A DNA stretch of 64,000 bases from Eukaryota sp. GEM-RC1 (Eukaryota). Positions 13,028 to 25,480 of this stretch are shown one piece after another (positions within the stretch are counted from its first letter, which is position 1; every line of letters begins with the position of its first letter). A program made the position numbers and the translations under genes. The stretch spans positions 1,302,001-1,366,000 of the forward strand of contig JAUFOQ010000006.1 of NCBI GenBank assembly GCA_040285855.1, in the 5' to 3' direction. Under the pieces are notes generated by a model. The model made no database searches. It was not told the DNA's origin and saw nothing but the letters and a program-made list of their open reading frames with translations.

Positions 13028-14434
13028 CTAAGTTGGTTCTAATTTAACGTACAAGAGAGGTTGAAATAAACAAGTAAGATTCTCTGCAGAATACAGTATA
13101 TTAGTTTCATCTTGAAGCCAAGAATAACCTCGAAGTAAACAAATTTCAAATCCAGAATCATTCTTTAAATTTTTAATGAGATCATTTACATTTAACCAAG
13201 CTTTCTTTGGATCAGAAGATAAACCTAATTCAAAAACTGATGAAGCAGTTGTGAAATCAACCGAGATCCATAGCATTAAGGGTATAGACCTTTGGGACAA
13301 TTTTGAAATAATTTCAGACTTTTTAGGGTGAGTGTGGATATCAAATGTTCGTGCATCAACAATGGAATAATTAACAAATTTTAAATTTGTTTGCAATAGT
13401 CTAAAATCAGAGTCATCAGGCCCGAGTTCTTTAGACCATGGAATTTGATTACATCTCCGATCAGAACAATCAGATTTGATTGACAATCCTTGAAGTCTTT
13501 TGATTTCTTCATCTTTTTGAGCTACAATACGTTCTAAAGACTGGATTTTTGAGACTAATGAGGATACTAATTGAATATCCACCGAGTAACTGATCATTTT
13601 AGATTCCAGCCAAGACTTAGCGGTACCTGAAACATTGTCTAAATCAAAGTTTGTTGAAGTATTAGAACAATTGAACTTTGCTAATAACACGCAATCGTCC
13701 CACTCATTACCTATTGAATCATAGGGAAAGGTAAGAAACTTATCACCAATGAAACCAAACTTTTTGAAAAAAGAAACAGCGTCATGATCACTCCAAGTGA
13801 TGAAAACGTCATATGGGTCATAAAACTGGGGAATTCCCTTGACTTCGGGGGTTAATGCACCCAATATCAGAAACTTAGCTAGACCCAGTTGCTGCATAGA
13901 GGTTCGAACTCCGATCAAAGAAAGTTGGTGACAGATTTGAGATGAGCAAGACCAGAAAGAAGAAGAAGAGCTTGAGACCACAGTTTCAATGGTAACAGCT
14001 GCTGAAATAAGGGATTTAGCCAGAATAATGTCAGTATCAACGATAGAAGTTTCATCTGATTCACTACTACTGTTGACATCATCAGAGTCATCGTCGGATT
14101 CGTCAGCAGAATCTGACATAGAATGGGTAGATAATTGGTCAGATGAGAGTTCAAATAGGGACTCCTCATTATACCCAACAGAAGAGGGCAGCGGAAAGGG
14201 AGAAAGGGAGTTGTCAAGAGGAATTGGTGCCTGGTGTTTGAAAAGAGCGAGAGTGACAGCATTATGCCTAGAGAGAAGCTGGCGAATCATGGGCTTGGAG
14301 ACATTCGGCAAGATGTGACTATACAAAGAAGTTGTAGCTTCAGCGAGAGCATCGTATTTAGAAGAAGCTCTGAACAACACAAGATCAAAGAGGACATCAC
14401 CAACTGTTACTAGAGATTGGAACAACTTTGGCAT
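13028..14434 (-). CDS. GNAT/GCN5-like acetyltransferase-domain protein with acidic insert and coiled coil
   Basis: LIGVRTSMQQLGLAKFLI and ITWSDHDAVSFFKKFGF resemble GCN5 motifs A/B. Confidence 0.6.
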   Translation of the reverse strand: MPKLFQSLVTVGDVLFDLVLFRASSKYDALAEATTSLYSHILPNVSKPMIRQLLSRHNAVTLALFKHQAPIPLDNSLSPFPLPSSVGYNEESLFELSSDQLSTHSMSDSADESDDDSDDVNSSSESDETSIVDTDIILAKSLISAAVTIETVVSSSSSSFWSCSSQICHQLSLIGVRTSMQQLGLAKFLILGALTPEVKGIPQFYDPYDVFITWSDHDAVSFFKKFGFIGDKFLTFPYDSIGNEWDDCVLLAKFNCSNTSTNFDLDNVSGTAKSWLESKMISYSVDIQLVSSLVSKIQSLERIVAQKDEEIKRLQGLSIKSDCSDRRCNQIPWSKELGPDDSDFRLLQTNLKFVNYSIVDARTFDIHTHPKKSEIISKLSQRSIPLMLWISVDFTTASSVFELGLSSDPKKAWLNVNDLIKNLKNDSGFEICLLRGYSWLQDETNILYSAENLTCLFQPLLYVKLEPT

Positions 14435-15086
14435 ATCGAATGCGGTTGTACAATGATTGATTATCGATTTCTTTCAGTTGTTAAGTCGGACAATTTTGAG
14501 CATTCGTTGAAGTTCGCCAACCAAGTGTCTTCTTGTTGAGCAGGATATCAGTAAGTAAATATTAAGTATATCCATCGTATTTAAGGATTAGTGGTACCCA
14601 AATGTACGGTTCTCTATCAGAAACTGTAACACCATTACTTGAAATCTTTGTGATGATTGTGAAAGAGAAAACATCTACTGTATGACGTTTGATCTTCGTT
14701 TTTGGAAAAATCGAATTGTGTTTGCTAATTTTTTAATGTTTGGTGACTTCTGTGTTTAACTTTTTTTAACTTATCGTGTTTTAATTGACAACAACACTAC
14801 AGTGTACATACATCTAATAATCAATATCCTCAAAGTCCAGATTGCCCAACTGGAAATTTTCACCTACCTTATCCTTATAATTTCTGCCAAGAGATAATAA
14901 AGCGCTAGATACAAAAGTCACCATACATTTAAGGATAGTGTTAGTACTAGTGCAGTACCCTTAAAATAAATTTACTTTACCTATTTACATGTCATCCCAA
15001 GACAACAATAGCAAACACAATTCGATTTTAAAAAAATTTATACAAGAAAGCTTCTCAACATAATATTATGGAAGGACAATAAATAA

Positions 15087-15404
15087 TCAGAATGAGTAAT
15101 CAATATCAGATGTAATTGCCACATAACCCTTTCCAAAATCAAGAGTAGTTTTCTTAATTACGACTCCCTTAGTGACTGGAATTTCAAGTCCATTTTCCAG
15201 TGCAGGATTGAAGAAAGGAACCAAACCATATCTACACAAGTCATTAATCACTTTACTAAGCTTTTGACCATCAATCTTGACAAATTCAGACTTAATAACT
15301 TTGAACTTGAATCCGACCAAATCAATCTTCCCATGAACTCTCATCTTGCTCAGGTGAACTTCAGCAACAGCATCGACGTTAAAGATTACAGTTTGCAACA
15401 TCAA
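15087..15404 (-). pseudogene. C-terminal fragment of a BPI/LBP-family lipid-binding protein
   Basis: VPFFNPALENGLEIPVTKGVVIKKTTLDFGKGYVAITSD matches the BPI C-terminal pattern; a retroelement fragment lies where the 5' part would be. Confidence 0.55.
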
Positions 15405-15506
15405 CCGTCACACCAAAAGGACAACAATATTCAAACAAATATCGCACTGTTTTTGTTCTATATTTACCAAGAAGAATTTTATTATAAACGTATTAGACCA
15501 AAACAA

Positions 15507-16140
15507 CTAATATTTGATATCATTAAAACAACACCCGTCGCTATCAAACCTTACAACAGCTTTGTCCTCATAAAAGAAACTCACTGCTAATAAAGCTTTG
15601 GAGATGATTAGGGGAATTGTTTTAAAAACAGTAAAAACGATCCGATTAACCCATAACATATGATCAAAACGTTTTTTCATCCTATTTTTTACGATTTTTC
15701 CGAAGTCGTTTAAAAAATTCAAAGCACATTTTCCTAAACGTCCGTAAATTGGAAACAGCAAAGGGCATAATTCGTACTCAACAGGTTTTACATGTTTTAA
15801 AGCCATCAATGGTTTCGTGTACTTATCCTGTTTGGCCTGTTCAGAAATGTCTAAAGGAGAAGTTTCAGACGCAGCGTTCTTTAATGATGTCTTTTTACAA
15901 ACATCCACTGACACTACATCAACAACAAACAATTTGTCTGAAGAAGAAGGGGCAACAACATCTGCTCTCCGTTTACCAAAAAATTGGTTCTGTTTTTCGA
16001 CAATACAATTATTACTTGGTTCTAAAGATCTTAGAAGTGGTTCAACAAATTACTCAATTTTGTATGACTTACACATAGCATGTATTTGATCTCTTACAGC
16101 ATCATACATACACGTTCGGTAAGTTATGTAGCGATTACAA
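15507..16140 (-). mobile_element. RLE-type non-LTR retrotransposon 3' fragment (zinc knuckle + restriction-like endonuclease)
   Basis: YDAVRDQIHAMCKSYKIE..., GKRRAD, VVDVVSVDVC, EQAKQDKY, YGRLGKCA, WVNRIVFTVFK. Confidence 0.8.
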
Positions 16141-16294
16141 CTTAACAGATTTATATTTACGAAAATTGAAGAAAATGGCAACAATTGCTCGATTATGAGT
16201 TGCTTTATGACAAATCCAACCACCGGTTCGGTTTTATTTGATATCATGAATTGAACACCACTTGGGCCAAATTTCGATTGATTTAATGTTTTTA

Positions 16295-17896
16295 TAGGAC
16301 TGTCCAAATTAGGTTCAGTTCATACAGGTTCGGTTCAAGCTCCATGAACCTGAACCGAACCGAACCTGAACCTGAACCAGTATAAACCGGTTCAGAACTA
16401 GTTCAAAACGATAATTTATCCTTTATTTTAATAGTAATATATAATTAGACTCTGGGTAAATGCACCACATTATGCACCACATATTCTAGTTATTTTGTAA
16501 AATGCACCACATAATATATTTTTTGATTTTTCAGGAAGCAACAGTAGACATAAATTATAGATCAACAGGACAAGACATTATCTTTGACCTTGTTGGGTTG
16601 ATTTCTTGTACCTCTAACAGGTAGTTCAAAGGAGGACGGATCTTTAAGAGTAGACTTAAATGGATTCTTATTGGGAGATCCAGGAAGTCTTCCTTGAGCT
16701 CTACGTGCAACAGGGAGCAGACGTTAGGAAGCTCGCTAAGGAGAGAACATAATTGTTGCCTTAAGCAATCTTCGTCTAGGTTGTTTGGTAGAGATTGTCA
16801 TGTCGTATTACACAGTTGTTCTCCATCTTTAACCAGCTTGTAAGAGATGACAATCCATTGAGTTCTTTGATACAAATGAGGTCATTTTGATCATTTACAT
16901 GCTCAACCCTACTTTGGAACGATGGAAGTTTAGTATTCTGGGTTAGAGACGTTCTGTTTGCTTAAAGAACATCTGTCATCCAAGGATCTTAAGTCATCAA
17001 CAATTGTGTAATGTTCAACACTAGCGTTGATCAGGTGCCTACTGTTGTACTGGTGATGTGTGGTGTGGTTTTACTTATGTGGTGCATTTTGAATGTGGTG
17101 CATTTTACAAAATTAATAGAATATGTGGTACATAATGTGGTGCATTTACCCAGAGTCTATAATTAAGCCAACAAATATAAAATTAAACACGCTCATCAAA
17201 CAATTTCAGCAAAGACATCAAACTAACCAACGAAGTAACACTTTCATCAGACAAAGAAGCTCGAAATTCTGTGGCTGTCCGGCATGTAGAAGAAATCAGT
17301 TGTTCAGATGGAACAGATGTTGCTTGAAGCGCAATGTAATTTCTAGCAATCGAAGCCAGTTGAGGACAACGTTGACATCCTTCATATTGCCACCAGACAA
17401 GAGCTTCGGAGTTTTGAGCCAATGCAGGCTCATCACAGTGTGACCGCAATTCTTCAGCAGCACTTAAACTAGATCTTGAACGGTTAACATTATGTTCGAA
17501 TATATTATCTTCTGCTAGAGCAGTTGAACAACTGTCGCTGCTATCAAATTTCGAACAAATCGATGTAAAAAGCAACTTTATCTGTTCCAGGAAGCATGGT
17601 TTTGGGAATTTGGGGATCCAAAGAAGACAACCAAACACCGCAGTTTCGTCAATTCAACAAATTATTTTAAACATAAAGAACTCATATTGATGTTTATTGC
17701 TGAAATGCATTGCTAGAAGCAGATTAGGTTTTGATGAATTAACTGGTTCGGAACTGGTTCGGAACTGGTTCGGAACTGGTCAGGTTCAGTTCCAACAAAT
17801 CACGAACCTGAACCGACTAAATTAGTGAACCGGAACTGGTTTGAACCAGTTTGGAACTGGTTCGGAACTGAACTGAACCGAATTTGGACAGTCCTA
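16295..17896 (-). mobile_element. Defective hAT transposon with C-terminal dimerisation-domain remnant
   Basis: ~28-bp TIR TAGGACTGTCCAAATT(A/C)GGTTCAGTTCA, TSD GTTTTT(T)A, GAACC/GGTTC subterminal repeats; ORF 17183-17638 has WW...PQLASIARNYIALQATSVPSEQL (hATC). Confidence 0.88.
16448..17157 (-). mobile_element. Nested non-autonomous MULE-like element
   Basis: ~65-bp TIR starting GACTCTGGGTAAATGCACCACATT, 8-bp TSD TATAATTA; internal remnant RAQGRLPGSPNK..STLKDPSSFE resembles MULE transposase C-termini. Confidence 0.75.
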
Positions 17897-17994
17897 GTTT
17901 TTTATCGTGTCAAGTTGACAGTGTCAAAAGAAAGAAAAATTGAGACCTGCGAAAGTTGATATCTTGAATCTACCAGATCTTTGATGATCAATCT

Positions 17995-20243
17995 ATGCAC
18001 GCCCGATCTTTATCCAATCCAATAGCAAACCTGCTACATCCTAATGTTTCTTTTGAAAAAGCTTGGTTCGAGAAACTCAAACCTGCTCTTCATTCCATCT
18101 TCGAGCAAAGAACATCCAGTCTTTCATTTGAAGAACTCTACAGACATGCTTATCAGCTTGTTAATGGTTCTAAATCTTCTGCTTTGTACAAACACCTTGA
18201 ACATGAAATGAATCAGCGAAGCCTTGTCATTAGCGAACTTCTTTCCCTAGCTCCAGATTCAAGCTTTCTAGATTCTTTTGTTACACATTGCCAAAACTAC
18301 TTACAATCAGCAAAACTTATCTCTGATATCTTCATGTACCTTGACAGAAACTACATTAGCACCCAACCTGACCTTGACTCTGTATACAATATGTGCGTCA
18401 TCACTCTAACTCATGTCTTTTTCCCCTCCAACCCCCCGTCTTTCCTTCAGCAACGTCTCTCCTCAATCTTGGAGGACTCTTTCAACAGAGCAAGGACTCA
18501 TTGGATGTCCGACGTGGACATCTCGGATTCAAGCAAGAATGCCATCCGAATTTTGTTTTCCTTAGGTTTCAACAGCAGAACAGTCTACCTTCACGTCATT
18601 GAATCCCACTTTCTTCACGCTACGTTCAGCTTTTATACCCAGTACTCGTCTGACCGATTGATGAATGTCTCTCTTGCTGATTATATTAATGACGTCAGCA
18701 GAGTGTTGACTTTTGAGGAAAGTCTTGTAAAGTCAGCTGTTGATGATGTGGGAGCCAATGCTTCTAGGAAAGTTGCCCATCAAGCTTTGATTTTGGATCA
18801 TTTAGATCACATATTTTCTCTCGATTCTGGACCAATTATTTGGCTTAAAGTTCCCGATCAAAATTTAAAAACTTTGAATCAGTTCTATTTTTTAATTAAG
18901 GAAGAAAAACCAGCTCTAGAAAGACTGACCGCCATGGTAATTGATTTTCTTTCCAGTTCCATGAGCACTGTTTTTTTAAATTTCAGTGAGAATTTTGACA
19001 CTAATTTTATCATGTTTGTTGAGTCGGTAATTCATCTATTCAACCAAGTGTTTGTTCAAATTTTAAAGAATTCCTTTGAAAACGATCCCTATGTTAAACG
19101 TTCGGTATCAGATGCTTTTGAAAAACTCTCAACTCTGACTGCGATCCTTACAAGAAAGACGCTTCCTTTATCGCTTTATCATTCAGTAGATATGTTGATT
19201 ACATGATTAGGACAAAACTACCCGGTCAAAATGACGTGATTGCGGCCAAAATGATTGATTCCATTATCTCTTTGTTTCGTTTTCTACAGGCCAAAGATGT
19301 GTTTGAAACTTCTTTTAAGGTATTTCTATCCAACAGACTTTTGAAGGGCCATTCTACTAACTTCGACGTGGAGAAACTCTTTCTATCTAAACTACGTATG
19401 GAAATTGGCCAAACTATTTTTCCAATGGAAAGCATGGTCAAAGATATTGAAATCTCCAGAAGTCTTCTCTCTGAGTGGAATCCTGTTGACCTTATCCCTT
19501 CAACCACAGTACTTTGTTTAACTCAGGGAAAATGGCCTTTTGGAGTGCAGAGCTACTCCCCGATCATTCCTCACGTGCTATCTCAATCGTTTGAGCTCTA
19601 TTCCAATTGGTACAGGTCAAAATACAAGGGAAGGCGACTGGTATTGCACTCATCTAAGTCTACAGTCGAGTTAAATTTTGAAAAAGATTCTACAGTTTAC
19701 TCAATTCTATGTTCACTTCACCAGGCCCTGGTTTTACTCTCGTTCAATGGCATTGGTCAAATTCAATCACTGGCTGAGATCATATCAGTTACTGGTCTTA
19801 CTCAAGAAGAATTAGTTGAAATTTTGAAAATTCTGTGTCGTGATTCAAAATATAGACTTTTGCTTCGTCGACCTCGTGATAAGGAAAATTCAAAAAATTG
19901 GACAATATATGATGAATTCACTGTTAACAGAAATTTCTCAAGTAAAACAATTCGAGTTGTGCTGAGACAAGAACTTCCATCTACCATAGAAACTGAAAAT
20001 TTAAATATTTCAACACAAGTTTCTAGGGATCGGACGCAAATGATAGACGCTTGTATTGTTCGACTTATGAAGATGAATCAACGACTAACTCACCGTGATT
20101 TGATCGGCAAGGTTGTTAATGATTTAAAAGTGCATTTTATTCCAAATGTTACTGTAATCAAAGGTCGAATTGACAGCTTAATTGAAAGAGAGTTTATTGA
20201 CCGTGATGACCGTGACAGAGAGCTTTATAGGTATGTGAGTTAG
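17995..20243 (+). CDS. Cullin (CUL3/CUL4-like)
   Basis: SLSFEELYRHAY, IFMYLDRNY, FLQAKDVFE, IDACIVRLMK neddylation motif, IDSLIEREFIDR..YRYVS; one frameshift near 19120-19200. Confidence 0.93.
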
Positions 20244-20539
20244 CCAAGATTGTTGCTTTTGAAGTGGTGAGCGTTCTAATGATTATGTGTTTTTGTTTAC
20301 TGTCATAAAGTTATTATCAATTGTTCGGTGTTTTACCAAAACTAAGTCAAAACGGTTTTTCCTTTGATAATTTCTGGTTTTGTTTGGTGAGTTACTACAT
20401 GCAGTCCTCTTTTGTTCGTTGAAAGTCCGAAATTCATGCTTAAAAACTTTAAAATTCTAATGACAAATGGGAATTGAAGAAAATCAAAAAATCCTTTTTG
20501 TAGAACTTTACATTTTTAGAACATAAACTAGAACTAAAT

Positions 20540-20750
20540 ATCATAAAAGCAACATTCATTGCCATTAAAACTCACATCAGTTTTTTCTTCACAAAAAACA
20601 CTGAGAGCTAACAGAGCTTTTGAAATCATAATAGGAATTGTTCTAAAAATTGTAAAGACAATACGATTCAACAAAAACTTTAAATGAAATTTCTTGTTTA
20701 CTCATTCTTTAACAGCTTTCTCAAAATCAGAGGGAAAACAAAGATCATCC
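20540..20750 (-). mobile_element. Short 3' fragment of the RLE retrotransposon family
   Basis: Sequence similar to 56785-56900 and 15590-15720 (LNRIVFTIFRTIP). Confidence 0.65.
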
Positions 20751-20974
20751 GAAAGCTGTAAAGACTTTCTCCAGGATGGATGACCACTACTCGTAAACAT
20801 AGCGAGATATTTCGAATAATGATCTAGACTGACATTAAGTACAGGTAAAAATACGCAAACCTAAATTAAGGTCAGCTATGTAGTACCTTCAATAGACTTT
20901 AACGGTAAGACCTTACCGTCAATAACAAATTTGGGAAGAACGAAAACTTTGAACTTACAAAACTTCCACTCTTA

Positions 20975-21862
20975 ATGTCATCAGTGGTTGCTCATGTTTC
21001 TCCTCTTGCAGTTATGAATGTTGTTGACAGTCTTACACGCTCTTGTGCCAAAAGTCTGCCTCATCGAATCCCCTATCGTTCTAGAGGTCTTTTGCTTGGT
21101 CGATTTGATGGTTCTTCAATCTTCTTAACCACTGCTTTCCCCATAATCTCTAACGAATCCGATCCTCCCTCATTTGAAATGAATTACGCTAAGCAACGAA
21201 CGCAACAGTACCTGGAGGTATTTAAAACAGACTACATCATTGGAACATACACTTGTGGATATGACACGGTGGATCTCTCCAAGGAGGCTTTCCTTTGTAG
21301 ATCTACCTTAAAGTCCTTGGCTGAAGTGGTTCCAGATATTCTTCCTTCCTCTGGCATCGTCCTGGAACATACACCAACACCATCTACATCTATAGAAGCT
21401 CCCATTGTACAGATTTATGACGTGTCTACTGACGTCTTTTCCTCTGTAAGTGTCACCATCACGTCATCAGATCCTGAACGTGTTTGTTTAGAAACACTGC
21501 AACAAACCTCCACAGAAGAGGACTCTCGAAGTAGTGTTACTTCCACTTTGAGCGATTCACTTGCTGTTTTTGCTCGAAAATTGGAGGTAATAGCTGATTA
21601 TATTGATGAAGTAGCAAATGGTTCTAGGGAGGCTGATCCTGAAATTTTAAAAATTTTGAACTCGATTCACAGCTCAATTTCTTCAACGATTTCCATTGAC
21701 CAGGTTTCAGATAGTATTAAGAAATCTTCAATTCATGGAACTTTTTTACTTACTTTAACCACAAAGTTACAGGCATTAATTAGTGAAATTGAAATTCCTT
21801 CTATTAGAGATACTGAACCAGAGCTCTATGGAAAACGATTTCGACATCGAATGTACATGTAA
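20975..21862 (+). CDS. Non-catalytic MPN-domain protein (CSN6/eIF3f/Rpn8 family, most like CSN6)
   Basis: HVSPLAVMNVVDSLTR, GLLLG, YLEVFKTDYIIGTY, C-terminal ERV..., YIDEVANG..ADPEIL. Confidence 0.75.
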   Translation: MSSVVAHVSPLAVMNVVDSLTRSCAKSLPHRIPYRSRGLLLGRFDGSSIFLTTAFPIISNESDPPSFEMNYAKQRTQQYLEVFKTDYIIGTYTCGYDTVDLSKEAFLCRSTLKSLAEVVPDILPSSGIVLEHTPTPSTSIEAPIVQIYDVSTDVFSSVSVTITSSDPERVCLETLQQTSTEEDSRSSVTSTLSDSLAVFARKLEVIADYIDEVANGSREADPEILKILNSIHSSISSTISIDQVSDSIKKSSIHGTFLLTLTTKLQALISEIEIPSIRDTEPELYGKRFRHRMYM

Positions 21863-22171
21863 CAATAAATTCAGTTGTAATTTCAATTAAAAAGGCACAA
21901 TGATAGTGAATTCTTCACACATATCGTGTCTGTTTGACAAGCACTCTAAATTATGTATATATATAGTCAATAACGATTTACAGTTCTTTTAGTTCCAGAC
22001 TTCAGATCAATTAACTCTTGGTGTAGAATCCTTCTTACTAAAGAAATCGACCACTAGTGGAAGAACTAGTGGTCTCGAGTGGAACATTGGTACAATTCTG
22101 TAACCGTAAAGGTGATTATCGTCGAGGTCCCAATACTAGCAACCTTAATATTACTGTACAAACATACCCTT

Positions 22172-23061
22172 TACTATGCTTGTATTGGAACCTTGCTTGT
22201 ATTAGGGTCCCTTAAAGCTCACTTTTGACTGAGCAACTATTGATCACGATAAGTGGACCAACAATGAAGTTGAAACCACTTTCTGTCATTCAATATCCTA
22301 GTCCATCTTGATCGCCTAATTCAAAACAAAAGGTGAACAAAAGTATGTCTCCTTCATCAATTTCTTGATCATTCAAGTGTCTATATAAAAAGCATCTGTT
22401 ATTGTGCTGCCAATTGAGATTATCTCCATCATTTCTTTGAACTCTAACAATTCTTCGTCAACTTACTGGTTCCTCAGAAATTCTTCTTACTTTTACAATA
22501 ATTCACCATAGTCAACTCGGTAATAATACACATGAATCTAGTTAATAAATTGTGAAACACAGACTCTTGAAACCATCAAAGAGATTTGATTTCTGAGGAT
22601 GTCCTGTATACGATTTTTTTGTAAAGTCACTGTTTCTTTAACAACGACTGTATTCGACAAACTACGAGATAAACTAATGTAACAAATTGAGTCAAGAGCA
22701 GAAAACAACAAAGAGTAACAAAGTTCATTCAACAGTAGTTTTATAGACGAACATGATATATCATTTTGGTCACGTGTTTATTAATAGATACAAGTACAAT
22801 GTACAACAAGTTATCTGACACAAAGTGACATCTAATGGACGCGAACGAATTGTGTAAAATTATACGAGTTGAATGTAGCACCAGTACTTGTACCGGTAGG
22901 TGAAATCAATAAAGAATTCCAATGTGGCCCACTGATGTTGTATATCAATGTTCTGAGCTACTTGAAGAAACATGAGAGTTTATTAAGGGAAACAATACAA
23001 GCAATACAATATAAATACAAGCCCTCTACTATGCTTGTATTGGAACCTTGCTTGTATTAGG
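22172..23061. repeat. 35-bp direct repeat pair (22172-22206, 23027-23061); related inverted copy at ~33027-33090
   Basis: TACTATGCTTGTATTGGAACCTTGCTTGTATTAGG occurs twice. Confidence 0.75.
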
Positions 23062-23176
23062 ATCTCGACGATATACTAGTAGGAGAAAAAATCTGTTCAC
23101 CCCATTTCACTAATCTAAAATTAGCTTGTCATCTCATTACTGTTCTGTACATCTCTAAAGCACATCCCTTCCTACA

Positions 23177-25480
23177 ATGTCTCTATGTAAATATCAGCAC
23201 AAATTGACTCTTCCTGCGCACATGAATTGTCCTTTTCCTTTAGACTTTGTTCAGTCTGTTTTTCTAGAACGTTGTGCTGACCTAGAAATAGAAGTATCTA
23301 CTGCCATTTGGATACGTTTCATTACACGCTTTTCTATGGTTAGTTCCTTAAAGTTTCTTGACTTCACATCTACTGGTTTTGGGGAACGTTCTTTCTGCTT
23401 TCTATTTGACCACCTATCCTCACTTGAAGTCTCCCAGACTGTATTCGCTCTAGATCTTTCAGATAATCCTGTTTCAGACCGTGCATCTGTCAGCATTGCT
23501 TCTTTCCTTTCTTCATCCCCTCCTAGATTATCTGCTCTTGTCCTACGTGGCTGTGGACTCTCGCCAATAGCTTCTACAACCATTATCAAATCTATTGCTG
23601 CTTCCCCCTACATTACTTTTCTTGATCTCTCATCTTCTTCTTCTGGAGTCCGTAATCATCTAGGACAAGAAGCTGCCGCTTCCATTGGAGATCTACTTTC
23701 GAATAACGTCATTCGAACTCTAAATTTGACTGGATGTGGTCTCGGTGGACACGTGTCATTGTTTTGTTCGGCCTTGTCACGTTGCAGCTCTATTAGGAAT
23801 CTTTACTTGGCATCAAATGCGTTGGGAGATCACTTTGATGCTGTTTCAGATCTTGTTTCTATTTTTAGTAACGGTCATCATTGTGGACTTCAAAAGATTT
23901 CTTTGAGTCGTAATCGTTTTACTTCACAGGCTGTGAAAGTTCTGTATAAGCTGATCACTAATTCGACCGTTGACCTTGAATCACTATCACCAATCGACGT
24001 ACCTTCCTGTTTCGGATTAATCCACCTCGACTTATCCCATAACCATTTCTATTCTTCAAGTGATCTGTGTAGCTTGTCCTCAGTACTGCCTGGATGTTTA
24101 GAATCAATCAATCTGTCTGATTGTAATGTTAATGATGACATGTTACAACTTCTTTTGCCTCGGGTTTTAAAAATCAAGAACGTGTCACTTTCCAAGAACA
24201 AAATCACGGATGGTGGTGTTTCTGCAATTGTAAGAGCATTTCATTCTTTTCAAAATTCAGAAATATTTGAAAGTTCTACAACAAATATTCTTGATTTAAG
24301 CAAAAACAAAATTCGTTCGAGTCCAGAATTACCTGAATTAGTTGTAGATTTTTCAATTTCGAAGCTAAATATGGCAGATAATAACATTCGTGATTCAGTT
24401 ATTCTCCAATTGGCTGACGTCATCAACTTAAGGGGACACCAATCAGTACTGAGTGAGCTCAATTTGTCGTCGAATGCAATCAAAGTTGATGGTGCTAGTA
24501 AATTGGTCAATGAACTTGAAAAATTGCCAAAAATTTCAAAAATTCTTCTGTTTGCTAATGATGTGACACGTGAAATCATGTACCGTGTGGAAGAGATCAT
24601 AGGGTCTAAAACACGTGATAATAATTCAAGTACCATTTCCAATTTACAAACTGAAATTGACCGTCTTGATACTTTAAAAATGGAAATACCAGCTCTCGAT
24701 AATGAAATTGAAACAGAAAATCGTTCGATTTTAAAAATCAACACAGACAAATCTACGTTGAATGCCAAAATTAAATCACACAAGGAAAAAATCTTGAAGT
24801 CAAGAGAAGTCCTGGATAAATCCTTGGCAGATACTAGAACTACTAGAAAAGAATCAGAAATTTTGATGGCTAACGTGACTGATAGACTCAATCTAAACAA
24901 AGCGGACAATCAATCAAGTGTTGATAGGATGATGTCGAAAATGGAACGAGAACGGAAGCAGAAAAGTGTATTGGAAAAGAATTTAAAACAAATCAAAACA
25001 GAATTTTCTCATTATGACGACGAAATTAATGAGCAACTGAAAATATCAAAATCTGCGTTACAAAATATTTCTAGAGAATTTGAATTTGAGCAACGAATGG
25101 CAGAATCAAAGATTCATTCAGAAACTGTTAAATCTACTAAACCAGCCTCAGCTTCTAAGAAAAAACCACCGAAAAGACCTAAAACTAAGACCTCAACGAG
25201 AGCTAGTAGTGTTCCGAAGGTCAAGAAAACACCTAATAGAAGAGCAAAAACACCGCCCGTGCCACGTGGACGATCATCGTCACCACAAGTTCTTGGAACA
25301 ACAAAAGTTAGAAAATCTAAAATCAAGACACGAAGTAGCTCAAAATCAAAAACAGTTTGCCAAATGTTGACGTTTCTGAACCTTTCTTGGAATCAGATCT
25401 TAAAATTTCTGAACCTTTCTCTCCAAAGGTTGCCGTCCAGAATGTTCAAATGGATGAGAATCTGGTCAACTCCAAATTGA
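23177..25480 (+). CDS. RNI-like leucine-rich repeat protein with coiled coil and basic tail
   Basis: Repeated LxLSxN motifs, coiled coil, Lys/Ser-rich C-terminus (3' end possibly frameshifted). Confidence 0.8.
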   Translation: MSLCKYQHKLTLPAHMNCPFPLDFVQSVFLERCADLEIEVSTAIWIRFITRFSMVSSLKFLDFTSTGFGERSFCFLFDHLSSLEVSQTVFALDLSDNPVSDRASVSIASFLSSSPPRLSALVLRGCGLSPIASTTIIKSIAASPYITFLDLSSSSSGVRNHLGQEAAASIGDLLSNNVIRTLNLTGCGLGGHVSLFCSALSRCSSIRNLYLASNALGDHFDAVSDLVSIFSNGHHCGLQKISLSRNRFTSQAVKVLYKLITNSTVDLESLSPIDVPSCFGLIHLDLSHNHFYSSSDLCSLSSVLPGCLESINLSDCNVNDDMLQLLLPRVLKIKNVSLSKNKITDGGVSAIVRAFHSFQNSEIFESSTTNILDLSKNKIRSSPELPELVVDFSISKLNMADNNIRDSVILQLADVINLRGHQSVLSELNLSSNAIKVDGASKLVNELEKLPKISKILLFANDVTREIMYRVEEIIGSKTRDNNSSTISNLQTEIDRLDTLKMEIPALDNEIETENRSILKINTDKSTLNAKIKSHKEKILKSREVLDKSLADTRTTRKESEILMANVTDRLNLNKADNQSSVDRMMSKMERERKQKSVLEKNLKQIKTEFSHYDDEINEQLKISKSALQNISREFEFEQRMAESKIHSETVKSTKPASASKKKPPKRPKTKTSTRASSVPKVKKTPNRRAKTPPVPRGRSSSPQVLGTTKVRKSKIKTRSSSKSKTVCQMLTFLNLSWNQILKFLNLSLQRLPSRMFKWMRIWSTPN

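Noticed and set aside
17995..21862. Functional link between cullin/CSN6-like genes and the element's SENP8-like proteases
   Set aside because: They are ~18 kb apart with unrelated genes in between; eukaryotic gene order gives no support
24250..24909. 219-aa antisense ORF and similar short overlapping ORFs in the track
   Set aside because: Shadows of real genes on the opposite strand or frame, with no motifs
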